From: Schizosaccharomyces osmophilus
Taxonomy: Eukaryota
Assembly (NCBI RefSeq): GCF_027921745.1
Contig: NC_079238.1
Coordinates: 2,666,001 to 2,730,000, forward strand
Length of the DNA: 64,000 nt
Direction: 5' to 3'
Position numbers and translations under genes: made by a program. The notes beneath the pieces are model-generated. The model was not told where the DNA came from, searched no databases, and saw only the letters and a program-made list of their open reading frames with translations. Below are positions 37,564 through 49,054 of the stretch, piece by piece (within the stretch, counting starts at the first letter, position 1; each line of letters opens with the position of its first letter).

Positions 37564-39624
37564 TTAACTGTATGCTTCCAGAATTTTATTTTGATAATGT
37601 CGCTGAATCGTTTGTCTCTTCACTTTTCGAGAAGCAGTTAAGAAATCATTCTCGGGGCTCCATTCAAAGTCACTAAGAATAACAGCCTGCGGAAGTTCTA
37701 TTGAAGCGAATTTTTGACCTTTCCCAATTGATGTAAGATTAGTCAATATAATATCATAGACTTCTTTATTCTGACATAATTGACTAAAAGTAGCCTCTGG
37801 ATCGCCATTAAAAGAACTTCCTTTTTGCTTCCGTAGGTAAGCCCGAAGGGCTTTTTCATCAGGATAAACAATAACCACCGGCTTGGCATGATTCACATCA
37901 GCGTATGCGCATACTGAAGACACAAGTGGACTTGTGTGATATTGTGTTTCAATCTTTTCTAGAGCGATATATTCACCGTTCAAAGACTTCACTATATTCT
38001 TTTTACGATCAATTAGTCGAAGAGTATTACTTTTAGCCAGCTCTCCAACATCACCCGTTTTGAACCATCCATCCACAGTAAAAGAGGAGGCGTTATCGTC
38101 TGGGCGATTGAGATACCCGTTGCAGACTGCTGGTCCCCGAATCCAGACTTCACCTCTTGAAGGGGTGCCATTCGAGTAGTAATCCAATTCTGGGATATCT
38201 ACAAGTTTAAATTCGATAGAAGGGATTGGAAATCCTACCGAACTTGCGTACAGATGCCATTGTTCAGGGGATAAAACAAAGCTTCCGGCACAAGTTTCTG
38301 TGAGGCCATACCCAGGAAGAACAGGGCAAATCGTAGTACTTAAGAAGGCCTGGGTACTAGCAGCAAGGGCGGCACCACCGGCAATACAATAACGAAGGCG
38401 TCCACCAGTTGCTGCCTTTACTTTGTTGAAGACAATCGCATCTAATGTAGCCGTACCAGGAAGATTATATTTAAGTAGATATTGCTTCAAAGCAAGGGAA
38501 CCAGAGAAGATTTTTTGACGATGAACGGGCATAGAAGAAACCTTTGTAAGAATACCTTTTTTGATCAATTCATATACGGCGGGCACGCCAATAATGACGG
38601 TAGGACGAAACTCCGGCATATCACCTCTACAATTAATAACACTTGCGTCTGTAAGCGTTCTTGGAGAAGCGTATCCTAAAACACCACCCCAGTAAAAGCA
38701 GCACATTTCAAAAATGAACTCAAATATATGGGCCAAAGGAAGGTAAGCCAATACGTAGTCTTTGGCATTAATATGTTGAGCCAAAATTCGATTAATGCCA
38801 CCCAAGGCAGCAATAATGTTTCGATGTAAAAGGATAACACCTTTTGGCTTGCCAGTAGAGCCAGATGTATACATATAGCAGCAAACGTCATCGGCTTTGG
38901 GGGGAACAATGGGTTGAGGTTCATCCTGGCCGAGCTTTAGCAATTGGTGAAAGGTTAAAAGTTGAACATTGGGATTAGCAGCATGCACGAGTTCAGCTTG
39001 CTTTTCGGAGGGTTCGGAACTGCAAATGATAACCTTGAGTAGAGGGCATTGTTTTAAAGGATTTACTAATTTGGGAAGCAGAGTAGGGTCGGTGAAGATG
39101 GCTGAAGTAGAGCACTCTTGCGCGGAAGTTATGATACCATCCTCACCTAAAGTTTCATAGGCAGTAACGATGGGAATAGACTGACTAAGAGATCCTTGAG
39201 CAGTCATCAGCCATTTTTCACTAGTACCAGCGAAGAATAGAAGGCTACTATCGGTGGTAACGCCGGAAAGTTTCAAACCCGATCCGAGGGCCATTGAGAT
39301 GTCATAAACCTCGATATAGTTGATATACTCGTAGGGACCTAATTCATAAAGATTCCATGTTTTTTTCTCTTTGACTTCGGCTCCACTGACCTTACGAACA
39401 ATTTCACGTTCTTCGACGTGTTCTTTGATGAGTTTTCGGGTGCCCATGGCTTCCTTTTTCCCGTGGCATTTGACAGCACCACAAAACAGGTCGTATACAG
39501 TCTTTATGCCATCTTCAGGCGTTGTAAGGAGCTTGTTGGCAGAGTGAATGGATCGATAAGTGGACGACTCGCCAGGTTGTTTAGGTGCGTCTGTTTCTAT
39601 GCAATAATAGTCCTTGATTTCCAT
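37564..39624 (-). CDS. lcf2: Long-chain fatty acyl-CoA ligase
   Basis: YTSGSTGKPKGV, YLPLAHIFE, GYGLTET, GWFKTGDVGE, IDRKKN..GEYIALEK. Confidence 0.9.
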   Translation of the reverse strand: MEIKDYYCIETDAPKQPGESSTYRSIHSANKLLTTPEDGIKTVYDLFCGAVKCHGKKEAMGTRKLIKEHVEEREIVRKVSGAEVKEKKTWNLYELGPYEYINYIEVYDISMALGSGLKLSGVTTDSSLLFFAGTSEKWLMTAQGSLSQSIPIVTAYETLGEDGIITSAQECSTSAIFTDPTLLPKLVNPLKQCPLLKVIICSSEPSEKQAELVHAANPNVQLLTFHQLLKLGQDEPQPIVPPKADDVCCYMYTSGSTGKPKGVILLHRNIIAALGGINRILAQHINAKDYVLAYLPLAHIFEFIFEMCCFYWGGVLGYASPRTLTDASVINCRGDMPEFRPTVIIGVPAVYELIKKGILTKVSSMPVHRQKIFSGSLALKQYLLKYNLPGTATLDAIVFNKVKAATGGRLRYCIAGGAALAASTQAFLSTTICPVLPGYGLTETCAGSFVLSPEQWHLYASSVGFPIPSIEFKLVDIPELDYYSNGTPSRGEVWIRGPAVCNGYLNRPDDNASSFTVDGWFKTGDVGELAKSNTLRLIDRKKNIVKSLNGEYIALEKIETQYHTSPLVSSVCAYADVNHAKPVVIVYPDEKALRAYLRKQKGSSFNGDPEATFSQLCQNKEVYDIILTNLTSIGKGQKFASIELPQAVILSDFEWSPENDFLTASRKVKRQTIQRHYQNKILEAYS

Positions 39625-40675
39625 GATAATGAGAGTAATAAGCAATTGTGAAAAGAGACGAGTAAGAAGAGAGAGAGGACGAAAACGTTTTAACGAGTTC
39701 GGGGAAAGTAAGAGAAAAAAGGTGAAAAACAGTAAATCCTACAAGAATCCAAAAGTAAAAGAAAAGAAGTAAAAAGTCTTAAAGCACAAAAAAGGTTGGA
39801 ATTACCTTTTCCTTTTCCAATTCAGAATACACGCAAGTGGAAGGAAGCACGAAATCACAAAGGAGAAACCGTTAAAAGTCTTTCAAAGACAATTTCCAAT
39901 TAATAAAGGGTTTGGAGGAGCGTTGCTCTTAAAATAATAATAATAATTTAGAAGATGGGATCCAAGGCCTTATAAAGAGGTGTTTCGTTATGCTGGGGCA
40001 GAAATCATAAGGAAAATGGCATGAGACGATGAATCCTCTCACGGCTGGTTTATCAAAATTAAGTAGCAAACCACTGATCGTGAGAACCGAAATCAATTCG
40101 GTAAAAGATTGGCTTTCGCTAATTTAAATATTTATTATAGCGAAACTCAAGCATATGTAAATAAACAAGGAAACTGGAAATCACAAAATCTCATTTTCTT
40201 GCTGTAAGAGAATTTCAAAAGGTTTTAAAAAAAAGCAAAGGATATTTAGAATATGAGCAAACTAATAGATCCTAAAAGAAATTGTCTGTTGAAAAAAAAA
40301 AAAAGCTTGAAATCGTAATGATATGGCAAGATGGACCATAGCGTGTTTGCTAAAGGAAGGAATTGGGAAACGAATGTGCTATGGGATTTAACTGTTGTTC
40401 TTCTATCTTTTGATTCTCTATTGACTTTTGATTCTTTTTTTAAAGAATCCAATTTTGATAGGCTTCTTAAAATCATCAATTTTGCATGCTCCTCGATTTC
40501 ACAAGGAATTCCAATTGTTAAGAGAAATTGCAGTTTGCTTTGACCCTAAGACAGTGCTTTTGCTACTCTAGTAAGAAAATGTTCGCTACGTTATTCTTAT
40601 ACAAGCCATCGATAAAAGGACATTGCTGGTTACCCATCCTTCTCCTTCACCCAAAGCAAAGTACAACACCTCATC

Positions 40676-41378
40676 ATGGCTTCCGTAGATTATGTTACTG
40701 TAAGCATTTTAAAACATATTTCATAAATTGAGTTATTTGCTTTCTTTCGTTGCAGACACTGTGTTAACTGTTGTTTCAAAGATTTTAGAGAATAGCGTCG
40801 CATTAGAAAACCAATTTCTTCAAAACCCTTCGTTCGACGTTTTGCTGTGTCAACAATGCGTTAAAGAGCAAGAACGTGCCCTTCGTTTCCCCTCTATCTC
40901 ATACTCTGACTGCTACAATTTGGGTGAAATCATTCGAAAACTATACAGCCAAGCCAAGTACACGGCTCCTATAGTGATCGATATAGTCATCAACGGCCAC
41001 CAAGTCTTTCATGCCGCCTTCGACGGCAGTAGCCCTGATAACGATGCTTTTATAAAACGAAAGTACGCTACAGTCAATCGCTTTCATATGTCCAGCTTCC
41101 GCATGGGCTTGAATATGTCCAAAGACAAAACGACTATGTCTCAAAAATACAATGTTCCTGACGAGGAATATGGCGCTTTTGGTGGTGGTTTCCCGATAAC
41201 TCTTACGTCCGGTGTCCAAATTGGTGTTATTTGTGTATCGGTATGAAGTTGCTAGTAGAAAAACTACTGAATCTGTTCTAATTATTAATTTTAGGGTCTT
41301 CGTCAGGTTCAAGATCACTGCATTATTGTACGTGCTATTGTTCAACTGCTTCAAAACGGACCTGCTGCTTCCAAGTAA
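40676..41378 (+). CDS. YBR137W/GlcG-HbpS-like (DUF336/UPF0303-type) protein (exons 40676-40699, 40782-41240, 41295-41378)
   Basis: PDNDAFIKRKYATVNRFHMSSF and GGGFPI..IGVICVS|GL..VQDH motifs; two introns restore the frame. Confidence 0.8.
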
Positions 41379-41726
41379 ATACAGCATCCTTATGCGTCCT
41401 CTACATTACATTTTTATGATTCATAATCTCCATACCAATTCCTTGAGATATCACCAAGGTTAGGTTATCTTTGTTTATATACTCCTTCATTGGCGAGAAC
41501 ATAGACAAAGTCTTTCATTCTTTCCATTTTTCCTTTAGTAATATTCTTCGCTATGATTATACTTGCTGTAATAGATCACCAGTAAGACAATATTCCTCGG
41601 ACCATAGTCCCAACGAAGCTCTTCCCACTCCAAACATATAGAACCCTAACCTAGATCGACAAACAGTCACAAGTGTTTAGGAACCAAAAGTATGATGCCT
41701 GCAAAGTTTGCAAAGACAACAACAAA

Positions 41727-42158
41727 ATGGGAAAACCCGCTGGTTTGAACGCCGCTCGTAAGCTCCGTACCCACCGTCGTGAAGAGCGTTGGGCTGATGC
41801 CCACTACAAGAAGCGCTTGTTAGGTACTGCCTTCAAGTCTTCTCCTTTCGGTGGTTCCTCTCACGCCAAGGGCATTGTCGTTGAAAAGATTGGTGTTGAA
41901 GCTAAGCAACCCAACTCTGCCATTCGTAAGTGCGTTCGTGTTCAATTGATCAAGAACGGTAAGAAGGTTACCGCTTTCGTCCCCAACGACGGTTGTCTCA
42001 ACTTTGTTGACGAGAACGACGAAGTCTTGCTTTCTGGTTTTGGTCGTAAGGGTAAGGCCAAGGGTGATATTCCCGGTGTTCGTTTCAAGGTCGTCAAGGT
42101 CGCTGGTGTTGGTCTTGCTGCTCTCTTCCACGAAAAGAAGGAGAAGCCTAGAGCTTAA
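41727..42158 (+). CDS. rps23: 40S ribosomal protein S23 (uS12)
   Basis: [13 protein letters not shown]...[15 protein letters not shown]; strong codon bias. Confidence 0.98.
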   Translation: MGKPAGLNAARKLRTHRREERWADAHYKKRLLGTAFKSSPFGGSSHAKGIVVEKIGVEAKQPNSAIRKCVRVQLIKNGKKVTAFVPNDGCLNFVDENDEVLLSGFGRKGKAKGDIPGVRFKVVKVAGVGLAALFHEKKEKPRA

Positions 42159-42685
42159 AAAATATATTTAATGCATGTGGTGATTTCCCCTTTTGTATGA
42201 AGGAACTTCAATGAACATTTGTATTTCTGTTTTGTAAAATTTGTATTTGGATCTGGATATGTGTATGTACAATTTGTAGTTGTAGCAAGTAGAGAACACA
42301 AAAGATGGAAGCGTGTTATAGGAATGAAGGAGGGCGCATTGAAAAGCAATACATAAATCAATTTGTAACTATCTAAAATTGTCATCAATGAACTTCTTAA
42401 AACAATGACATTAGGACAAAGAGCATGACAATCATTAACCAACAAATACCGGAATTTTTTGAATACAAATGCGAAACAAAGAAAGCAGACAGCTGTCTGC
42501 TTTATGCAAAGACAAAGATCACCATCCAAGCGAGAAGAGATGGTGATGAAAATCATCGAAGAGAAAAAAAAGGAAAATGGAAAGTTGAATCTAATAGCGG
42601 CGATAGAAAGGAACAAGTTTTAAAGTTTATAGGAAATACAACAACAAAGAAAGATAAAGAAGCAATAGAAGAAGAAAGTCATGCG

Positions 42686-43639
42686 CTAGCACTTACCTCG
42701 TAAAGGAAGTAATTTTCGTTTCCATATTTGCCAAGCGTCTAAACGCTTGGCATGAACATCGCGAATCTCCTCCATACTGCTCCAGCCCGATTCCATCATC
42801 CGTTTTTCGACGGTATCGTATGCAGAATCTAATTGAAGGATATCTTCTAGCAAAGCATCTAAACATTTCGATCGCTCAGCAACGTCCATCTGTTTCACAT
42901 CTACAGATGATAGATCCGTCTTGAGACTGGGGGAAGGAGTCTGGTTTCGGGAATTGCTGACAGAAGGGTGATGAAGATGAGTTGTGGAAACAGATAGAGG
43001 AGTTATATCAGGCGAATCAAGTGAGGAATATATTCCTGTAGTGCTAGAAGTGCGTAAAGGAGAGACACGATTTAAACGCCCTAAACGAGAGGAAGGAAGA
43101 AAGCGACGCAAAATGCCAACTCCTCGTTTGCCGCCAGAATTACATCTGGAGGTTTCACAAACTTCGTTGAGCTTATGAAAGGGCCATTTCAATTTACTGG
43201 TATGTTCTTCCAGTAAATGTGATTCCTTGTCGTTATCGAGGATAGCACAGTTTCCTCCAAAATCCGACAAGACGTGGTTTTCTGAAGAGGGTGTGTTGTT
43301 GGCGCTGGTGGGATTACTCATTGAGTGTTGCAGCCTAGTTTCATTGGAAAGGGAAGAAGGACTGGGCACATGAGCGCTATTACTGGAAGGAGCGGACTCA
43401 ACCGAGTCTAGGCCAGAGTTTTCCAAATCATTGGGACTGACTTCGTTGTTGACGGAGGAATGGATGGATCCAAGATCCTGTAAAGACAAGGGGGATAAAT
43501 TGGGGGTAAAACTGAGAGGACCATTGCTGGTATCGTTGGATTTGGATTCGAGGTATAAATCGAATTCCGTTAATGATTCATAAGGATCATGGTTTGAAAA
43601 CTGATTCTCATATAATGTACGACCTTTTTCTTGACCCAT
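42686..43639 (-). CDS. Ser-rich Schizosaccharomyces-specific protein (positional match to SPBP4H10.14c)
   Basis: Open frame of ~317 aa from ATG 43639, low-complexity with a helical-looking C-terminus; no family recognised. Confidence 0.7.
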   Translation of the reverse strand: MGQEKGRTLYENQFSNHDPYESLTEFDLYLESKSNDTSNGPLSFTPNLSPLSLQDLGSIHSSVNNEVSPNDLENSGLDSVESAPSSNSAHVPSPSSLSNETRLQHSMSNPTSANNTPSSENHVLSDFGGNCAILDNDKESHLLEEHTSKLKWPFHKLNEVCETSRCNSGGKRGVGILRRFLPSSRLGRLNRVSPLRTSSTTGIYSSLDSPDITPLSVSTTHLHHPSVSNSRNQTPSPSLKTDLSSVDVKQMDVAERSKCLDALLEDILQLDSAYDTVEKRMMESGWSSMEEIRDVHAKRLDAWQIWKRKLLPLRGKC

Positions 43640-44911
43640 GGAAGACGAAAGCAAAACAAGCGACCACTCAAATTAAGCCTTGTAGTGTCCAACTAGAAGG
43701 AAAGAAAAAAGAAAAAAGAAAAAAAAAAAAAAAAGAAGAAGAAGAAGAAGAAAAGAGAACAAGTCTATAGAAAGCCACACAATGATCGCTACTCAACGCG
43801 TCAATTGCAAGGAAGGACAACAAGTGAAAAGAAGGAGAAATTGAAAACAACAAGAAACACTTTTTTTAATACCCAGAATAATAACCAATACTTTATCAAT
43901 ATTGGTCAATTTACAAACGTAACCAAGCAAGCAAACAGAGGTACTTTCCAGCTGTTAAAAAAGTCCAATATAAGTACAAAATTCTTCACAATGTTCAATT
44001 GACGCGCCTGAGGCTTTCTGTTCAGTTATATTTATGTTATTTATCAAGTTCAGTCCTAGAAACTTGTTATTGGTAGGTGCTGGAATGTCTTAAATTTTCA
44101 GTAGCCTAAATGACCGGTTACTAGTGAAGCTTAAAGTACCTTAGTGCGGTTCGCTATACGGAGAGGAAGCAAGTCGGGCATACATTATCGGAAGACAGTT
44201 CATTAGCAATAGGAATGGATGGAAAAGTCGATTCACATGAGGCTGGAAACTGCTAAACGGCTCCGTCAACAATAGCGGAAAAGGAAGGAACGGACGGCTA
44301 CGGCAAGAATTGCCTTGAGAGCGGTCGCTCCCTCCTTTCTCCACATCATCGGTGAATTTCTAATGGATGATGGTTGAGCATTTGAGCTTTCGTTCTTTTG
44401 ATTCATCCAACACCTAACCAAAAAAACAATTGTTGCAAGGAACGAGGAACATCATTGTCTCGAAGATTTGTCTTTCTTTGAAACACACACACACCAAAAA
44501 AAAAAAAAAAAAAAAAAACCAAAAGACCAGCGATGGACGAATTCTTGGCTGCTCATTTTATTTACTAACGAATCCCTCGAGACTCAACCAAAGTAGTAAC
44601 TAATGCGATATCATCTGTAACGAGCGTTACCACTCTATCGGGTATAGAATGCTTCTCTCCCCCTCACGGAGCCAAACAAACTGCTGTTATTTTTAGATTG
44701 TGGCTTCAAAGAGCTTCCCTTTGAATGGAATTTTCGATCATTTCTCGTAAAAAGGGAAACAGAATTAAATTCTAAGCATTCATTTTAGTGAAAAACATTG
44801 TTCTACAACCTTTTTGAACGTGGCCTCTTCCAAAGAAAAGAACTGGTTTTGCTACCCATTATGTTCTCCATTGCTACGCCCCTCCTTCCTTCAACGAAAA
44901 TTAAGGTTTTG

Positions 44912-44974
44912 CTTATCTCGACTCTTTCTTATCTGTAGCCAATTCATCGAGCGTTGGCTTATCTAGAGCTTATC
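44912..44974 (-). promoter_or_regulatory. Cluster of four GATAAG (CTTATC) GATA sites upstream of fur4
   Basis: CTTATC at 44912, 44928, 44958, 44969. Confidence 0.6.
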
Positions 44975-45637
44975 GCCAAATTATGTCGTCATTTAATGAT
45001 TGATATATAAACAGAGGCGCACAACGTACAAAAAGGCGATGAAATCGGAACCGATACCTCGGTTCCTACTACGTTCTGTACTTAATTGTTTATGGCACTG
45101 AAGAATAAAAAAGTTGGTTCCATGGTACATTGGATAGATTAGTTATCGCGCCCAACAGTCGAACCAGAGTTTATCAAATCGTCTCTTAATCTCTCTGTCC
45201 ATCTGGTACTTAAAGTGATAGACACCTCCTTTTCTTCCTCCATTGTGCCGTCGATTGCTGGATTTTCTTTGTTATATAACGTAGACAAAACTCTACAAGT
45301 CTTTGGTTCTCCATCAGGTTGCCTTGTGTAATAAACTGTGTTTTCTATTCTGGCACATACATCCTTTAAGGATTCATAACCATCCTTTTACAATCAAACA
45401 ACCAGCTCTTTCATCATCTTTTAGATCCTTATTTATTTTGTTTAATTTAGTTTAGTTTAGTTTTTCTTTTTTCAGTTTTTATTCACGTCCATTTTGTTTT
45501 GTAACGTTCTTTTGCCCTCGTTTCATTGATTGCTGAGACTTTGTCTTTGTCTTTTTCTTTTTCTTTTTCTTTGTTGTTTTGTTTTGTTTTCCTCATTGTC
45601 TTTGTTTATTTGACGTTTCCTTTGCTACGTATAAATT

Positions 45638-47344
45638 ATGAATTGGTCCTATGAGAATAGTAAACTCAAGGTCTTTGTCCATCGCTGGATCCTTCTCAAT
45701 GCAGACTCCGGAATGACCATGTCGGAACAATTCCTTAATAACGAGGATCTCTACCCTGTTCCCAAGCGGTTTCGGCTTTGGGGTGCATGGAACTATGTTG
45801 CATTTTGGTTGGCTGATGCGATCAACATTAATACTTGGATGATTGCAGGTACATCAGTTACCAGCGGCCTTGCTTGGTGGGAAGCTTGGATCACTGTATG
45901 GGTCGGTTACACCATCTCTGCTTTGATCTTAGCTGCCGTTGGTCGTGCCGGTTCTGTTTACCACATTTCTTTTCCCGTTTTGTCTCGTAGTTCCTTTGGC
46001 ATTTGGGGCTCTTTTTGGCCCATCCTCAACCGTGCCGTTATGGCATGTATCTGGTACGGTGTTCAGGCTTGGATTGGAGGTGAATGCGTAACCCTCATGA
46101 TTCGTTCCATCTGGCCTTCTTTTTCTCACATTCCCAATAGAATGGAAAAAAGTGGAACTGATACATATCAATGGGTCGGTTTTTTTATTTTCTGGCTCAT
46201 CTCTAATATCGCAATTTGGTTTCCCGTTCACCAACTCCGTCATTTGTTTACCTCGAAATCTTTGGTGGCTCCACCTGCGGCCATCGCATTTCTCATATGG
46301 GCTCTGGTAAAGGCCCATGGAGCAGGTGATGCTATCCACTCGCCTACGACTTTAAAAAGTTGGGACCATGGTTGGGCTGTTGTTAGCGGTATTGTCAGTT
46401 GTCTTAATAATTTTGCAACCTTAATCGTCAATAATCCAGACTTCACTCGCTTTGCTACGACCCCAAATGCTCCTTTGTGGCCTCAAATTATTACCATCCC
46501 TGTAGGGTTTGGCATTACCACATTAATTGGCGTTTTAGTCGGCTCGGCTTCGAAATCCATTTACGGGAAAAATATATGGAATCCTCTGGATCTGTTATCC
46601 AACTTTTTAGATCATTCCAATGCCCACGGTGTTCGAGCCGGCGTCTTTTTCATTGCTACAGGTCTCGGTCTTGCTCAGTTAGGTACCAATATCGCCGCCA
46701 ATACTGTCTCTGCTGGAAACGATCTTTCCGCTTTGTTTCCCGCCGTAATCAATTCTCGTAGAGGAGCTTATATAGCTTCTATTGTCGGTATTGCCATGTG
46801 TCCCTGGAATTTACTTTCAACTTCTAATAGCTTTTCCAACTCCTTGAGTGCTTATGCCGTCTTTCTTTCGTCTTTTGCTGGTGTCATGCTTGCTGATTAT
46901 TATGTTATTCGCAAAGGCTATCTCAGGGTTTCTAGTCTATACAGTACTGATAATAAGGGCCCTTACTGGTTTTTCCATGGCATATCCCTTCGTGGCTTCA
47001 TCTCTTATATATGTGGTTTGGTGATAAACGTTACCGGCTTGGCCGGAAATATAGGAGACAAGGTGCCGCAGGCCGCTTTAACCATGAGTAAGCTGGCGTA
47101 TATAATTGGAATCCTCGTTTCTTTCATAATCCATATTATCATTTGCACTATTTTCCCTGTTACTGATTGCGGCACGAAATGCATGGATGAACATCCTGAA
47201 GAGACGGAGCACTACTTGCTTCAATTAGAGGCTCCTGGAGATTTGGAAGAAACAGAAGGCGTTCCTATGTCAACTCCTGAGACCGAAAAATCCGATTCAA
47301 AGCTCAAAGATGACCATGTCCAAATTGCAAACTTAAAAGTCTAA
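45638..47344 (+). CDS. fur4: NCS1-family uracil permease
   Basis: [53 protein letters not shown]; multiple TM helices. Confidence 0.93.
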   Translation: MNWSYENSKLKVFVHRWILLNADSGMTMSEQFLNNEDLYPVPKRFRLWGAWNYVAFWLADAININTWMIAGTSVTSGLAWWEAWITVWVGYTISALILAAVGRAGSVYHISFPVLSRSSFGIWGSFWPILNRAVMACIWYGVQAWIGGECVTLMIRSIWPSFSHIPNRMEKSGTDTYQWVGFFIFWLISNIAIWFPVHQLRHLFTSKSLVAPPAAIAFLIWALVKAHGAGDAIHSPTTLKSWDHGWAVVSGIVSCLNNFATLIVNNPDFTRFATTPNAPLWPQIITIPVGFGITTLIGVLVGSASKSIYGKNIWNPLDLLSNFLDHSNAHGVRAGVFFIATGLGLAQLGTNIAANTVSAGNDLSALFPAVINSRRGAYIASIVGIAMCPWNLLSTSNSFSNSLSAYAVFLSSFAGVMLADYYVIRKGYLRVSSLYSTDNKGPYWFFHGISLRGFISYICGLVINVTGLAGNIGDKVPQAALTMSKLAYIIGILVSFIIHIIICTIFPVTDCGTKCMDEHPEETEHYLLQLEAPGDLEETEGVPMSTPETEKSDSKLKDDHVQIANLKV

Positions 47345-47518
47345 ACATATGCCAACATGTGGGTTGTATATTATTTTGGGGTTAAATTTACAGGTTTATA
47401 CATAGAGTACCTTTTAGTCATGAGTTACTGAATCAATTTTTTCGATAGTAAAAAAATTAATTCAATTAAACCTGTTTATCTTTTTACGATGGAAAAAGAA
47501 AAATGAAAAAGAAAAAAT

Positions 47519-47600
47519 CGACACCAGCAGGATTTGAACCTGCGCGCGGAGACCGCAATAGATTTCTAATCTATCCCTTTAACCACTCAGGCATAGTGTC
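47519..47600 (-). tRNA. tRNA-Ser(AGA)
   Basis: Reverse complement GACACTATGCCTGAGTGGTTAAAGGGATAGATT-AGA-AATCTAT-variable arm-GCAGGTTCAAATCCTGCTGGTGTCG, followed by a T-run terminator. Confidence 0.95.
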
Positions 47601-47754
47601 TTCTGTTGATAAAAGACAAAAGTATCGTACTTTAAACGGTTTTCCTTTAAATTTAAAATCGCCGAAAGTGGTTTTTCATCTGGTTTGATGGAAAACCAGC
47701 AAAAAAGCAAATTGATGCCCTGTAGTACAGATTTGAATTCTACACATGGTTAGT

Positions 47755-47873
47755 GTCTACGGCCACACCTAGGCGAAAACACCAGTTCCCGTCCGATCAC
47801 TGCAGTTAAGCGTCTGAGGGTCTCGTTAGTACTATGGTTGGAGACAACATGGGAATCCGGGATGCTGTAGGCT
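47755..47873 (+). rRNA. 5S rRNA gene (left copy)
   Basis: 119 nt GTCTACGGCCACACCTAGGCG...GCTGTAGGCT, fission-yeast 5S sequence. Confidence 0.97.
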
Positions 47874-48396
47874 TTTCACTTTTGGTTTCCTTTTTGACTT
47901 GTTTTTCTGTTGCTCTTTTAAAAATTGAAGCACATGGCTTTAATCGTGATCGACATAGACGTTTGACTTAGTGATACTAGTGATTGCAGGAAGCAATGGT
48001 CATCCATGATTCAATAATTAATTATATTCCTTATTAGTTAGAAAATAAAAGATTCTATAAGGATCAATAATTAAAAAGTGCTTGACGAATAAATATAAGA
48101 ATCAAAATGCAAAGATGAAACATAAACATAAACATAAACATAAGCAAAAGCATGCTGGAGAAAAAACAACAAGAACGGACATCATAATAAACAACGTTTT
48201 ACTTTATGTATAAATCAATTCCCACCGCTTTCAACATCCCTAGACTGACCCGGTTCCTGGCGTAACCCTGGAGATTGCTCAGTATGTTCAGAGGTATGTT
48301 CAGAGGACGGTTGTTTAAAAGTATCATCACTACGATCGTTGAACTGGTTTTCAGGCTCTGGTGGCAAGCTGTTTAATGGGATACTATTATCATCCG

Positions 48397-49054
48397 TCAA
48401 GTCTTTCTATCCGATGACATCCTGAAGCCTAGAGCACTAATAATCACAGAAAAAATCCCAGAAACAACTAGAGGAATCAATATAACGATTGAATCCACCA
48501 ACACTAAAAGTACCCCATTAGTAAACTTATCAAATTAAAATCCCACCATTCCACTTACGTGAAAAAACAAATAAGAACATATAGAAAGTCATGACGACAA
48601 GAACAGCTGCCACAGTAGCTTGAAACCATGTCCATACAGATTCTTTCATCGGTTCCTTTATAAAGGGGACAAGGTATTTGTATGAAAACCAAAAGTTCAA
48701 TACGATTGAACCAATAAAGCACCAACCAAGCCGAAGAGCTTCATTCTCTTGTCTTCGTTGTGCTTCAGGAATTCTCGCAATTTCTGCCGGCCAGAAAATC
48801 AACCACAATAATGCCGTCAAGACATTTCGTAAAAGAATAAAGAATCCGCTTCCTCCTGTCATGTTGGTAGACGCTTCTTGATGTCTGTTTTCTGAGTACC
48901 GAGGTGCATGACCTTTTTCCAAGTCGTCTAGATGAGAATTCAAGATTTCATTGTACCGTGGCAGTTCACCGTCAAACGTTGCAAGAGTGCCCAAGCGAGG
49001 AACGTCAGCTGAATCAGCATCATTTAGCTTTTTGTATTTGTTTTTTTCAATCAT
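48397..49054 (-). CDS. wag: wtf-associated gene (wag)-like membrane protein; exons 49054-48559 and 48503-48397, with a probable frameshifted tail to 48215
   Basis: ATG 49054 MIEKNKYKKL..LPRY..DDLEKGHAPRY; about four hydrophobic segments; intron GTAAGT..CTAAT..TAG. Head-to-head with wtf inside the 5S pair. Family name assigned from context only. Confidence 0.7.

Noticed and set aside
41820..42131. Antisense ORF over rps23 (similar ones over tim50, fur4, sah1)
   Set aside because: Expected by-product of codon bias on the coding strand.
44486..44520. Long poly-A tracts (also ~18676, 35001, 43700) as replication origins
   Set aside because: Consistent with Orc4-bound AT islands but too common to call without data.
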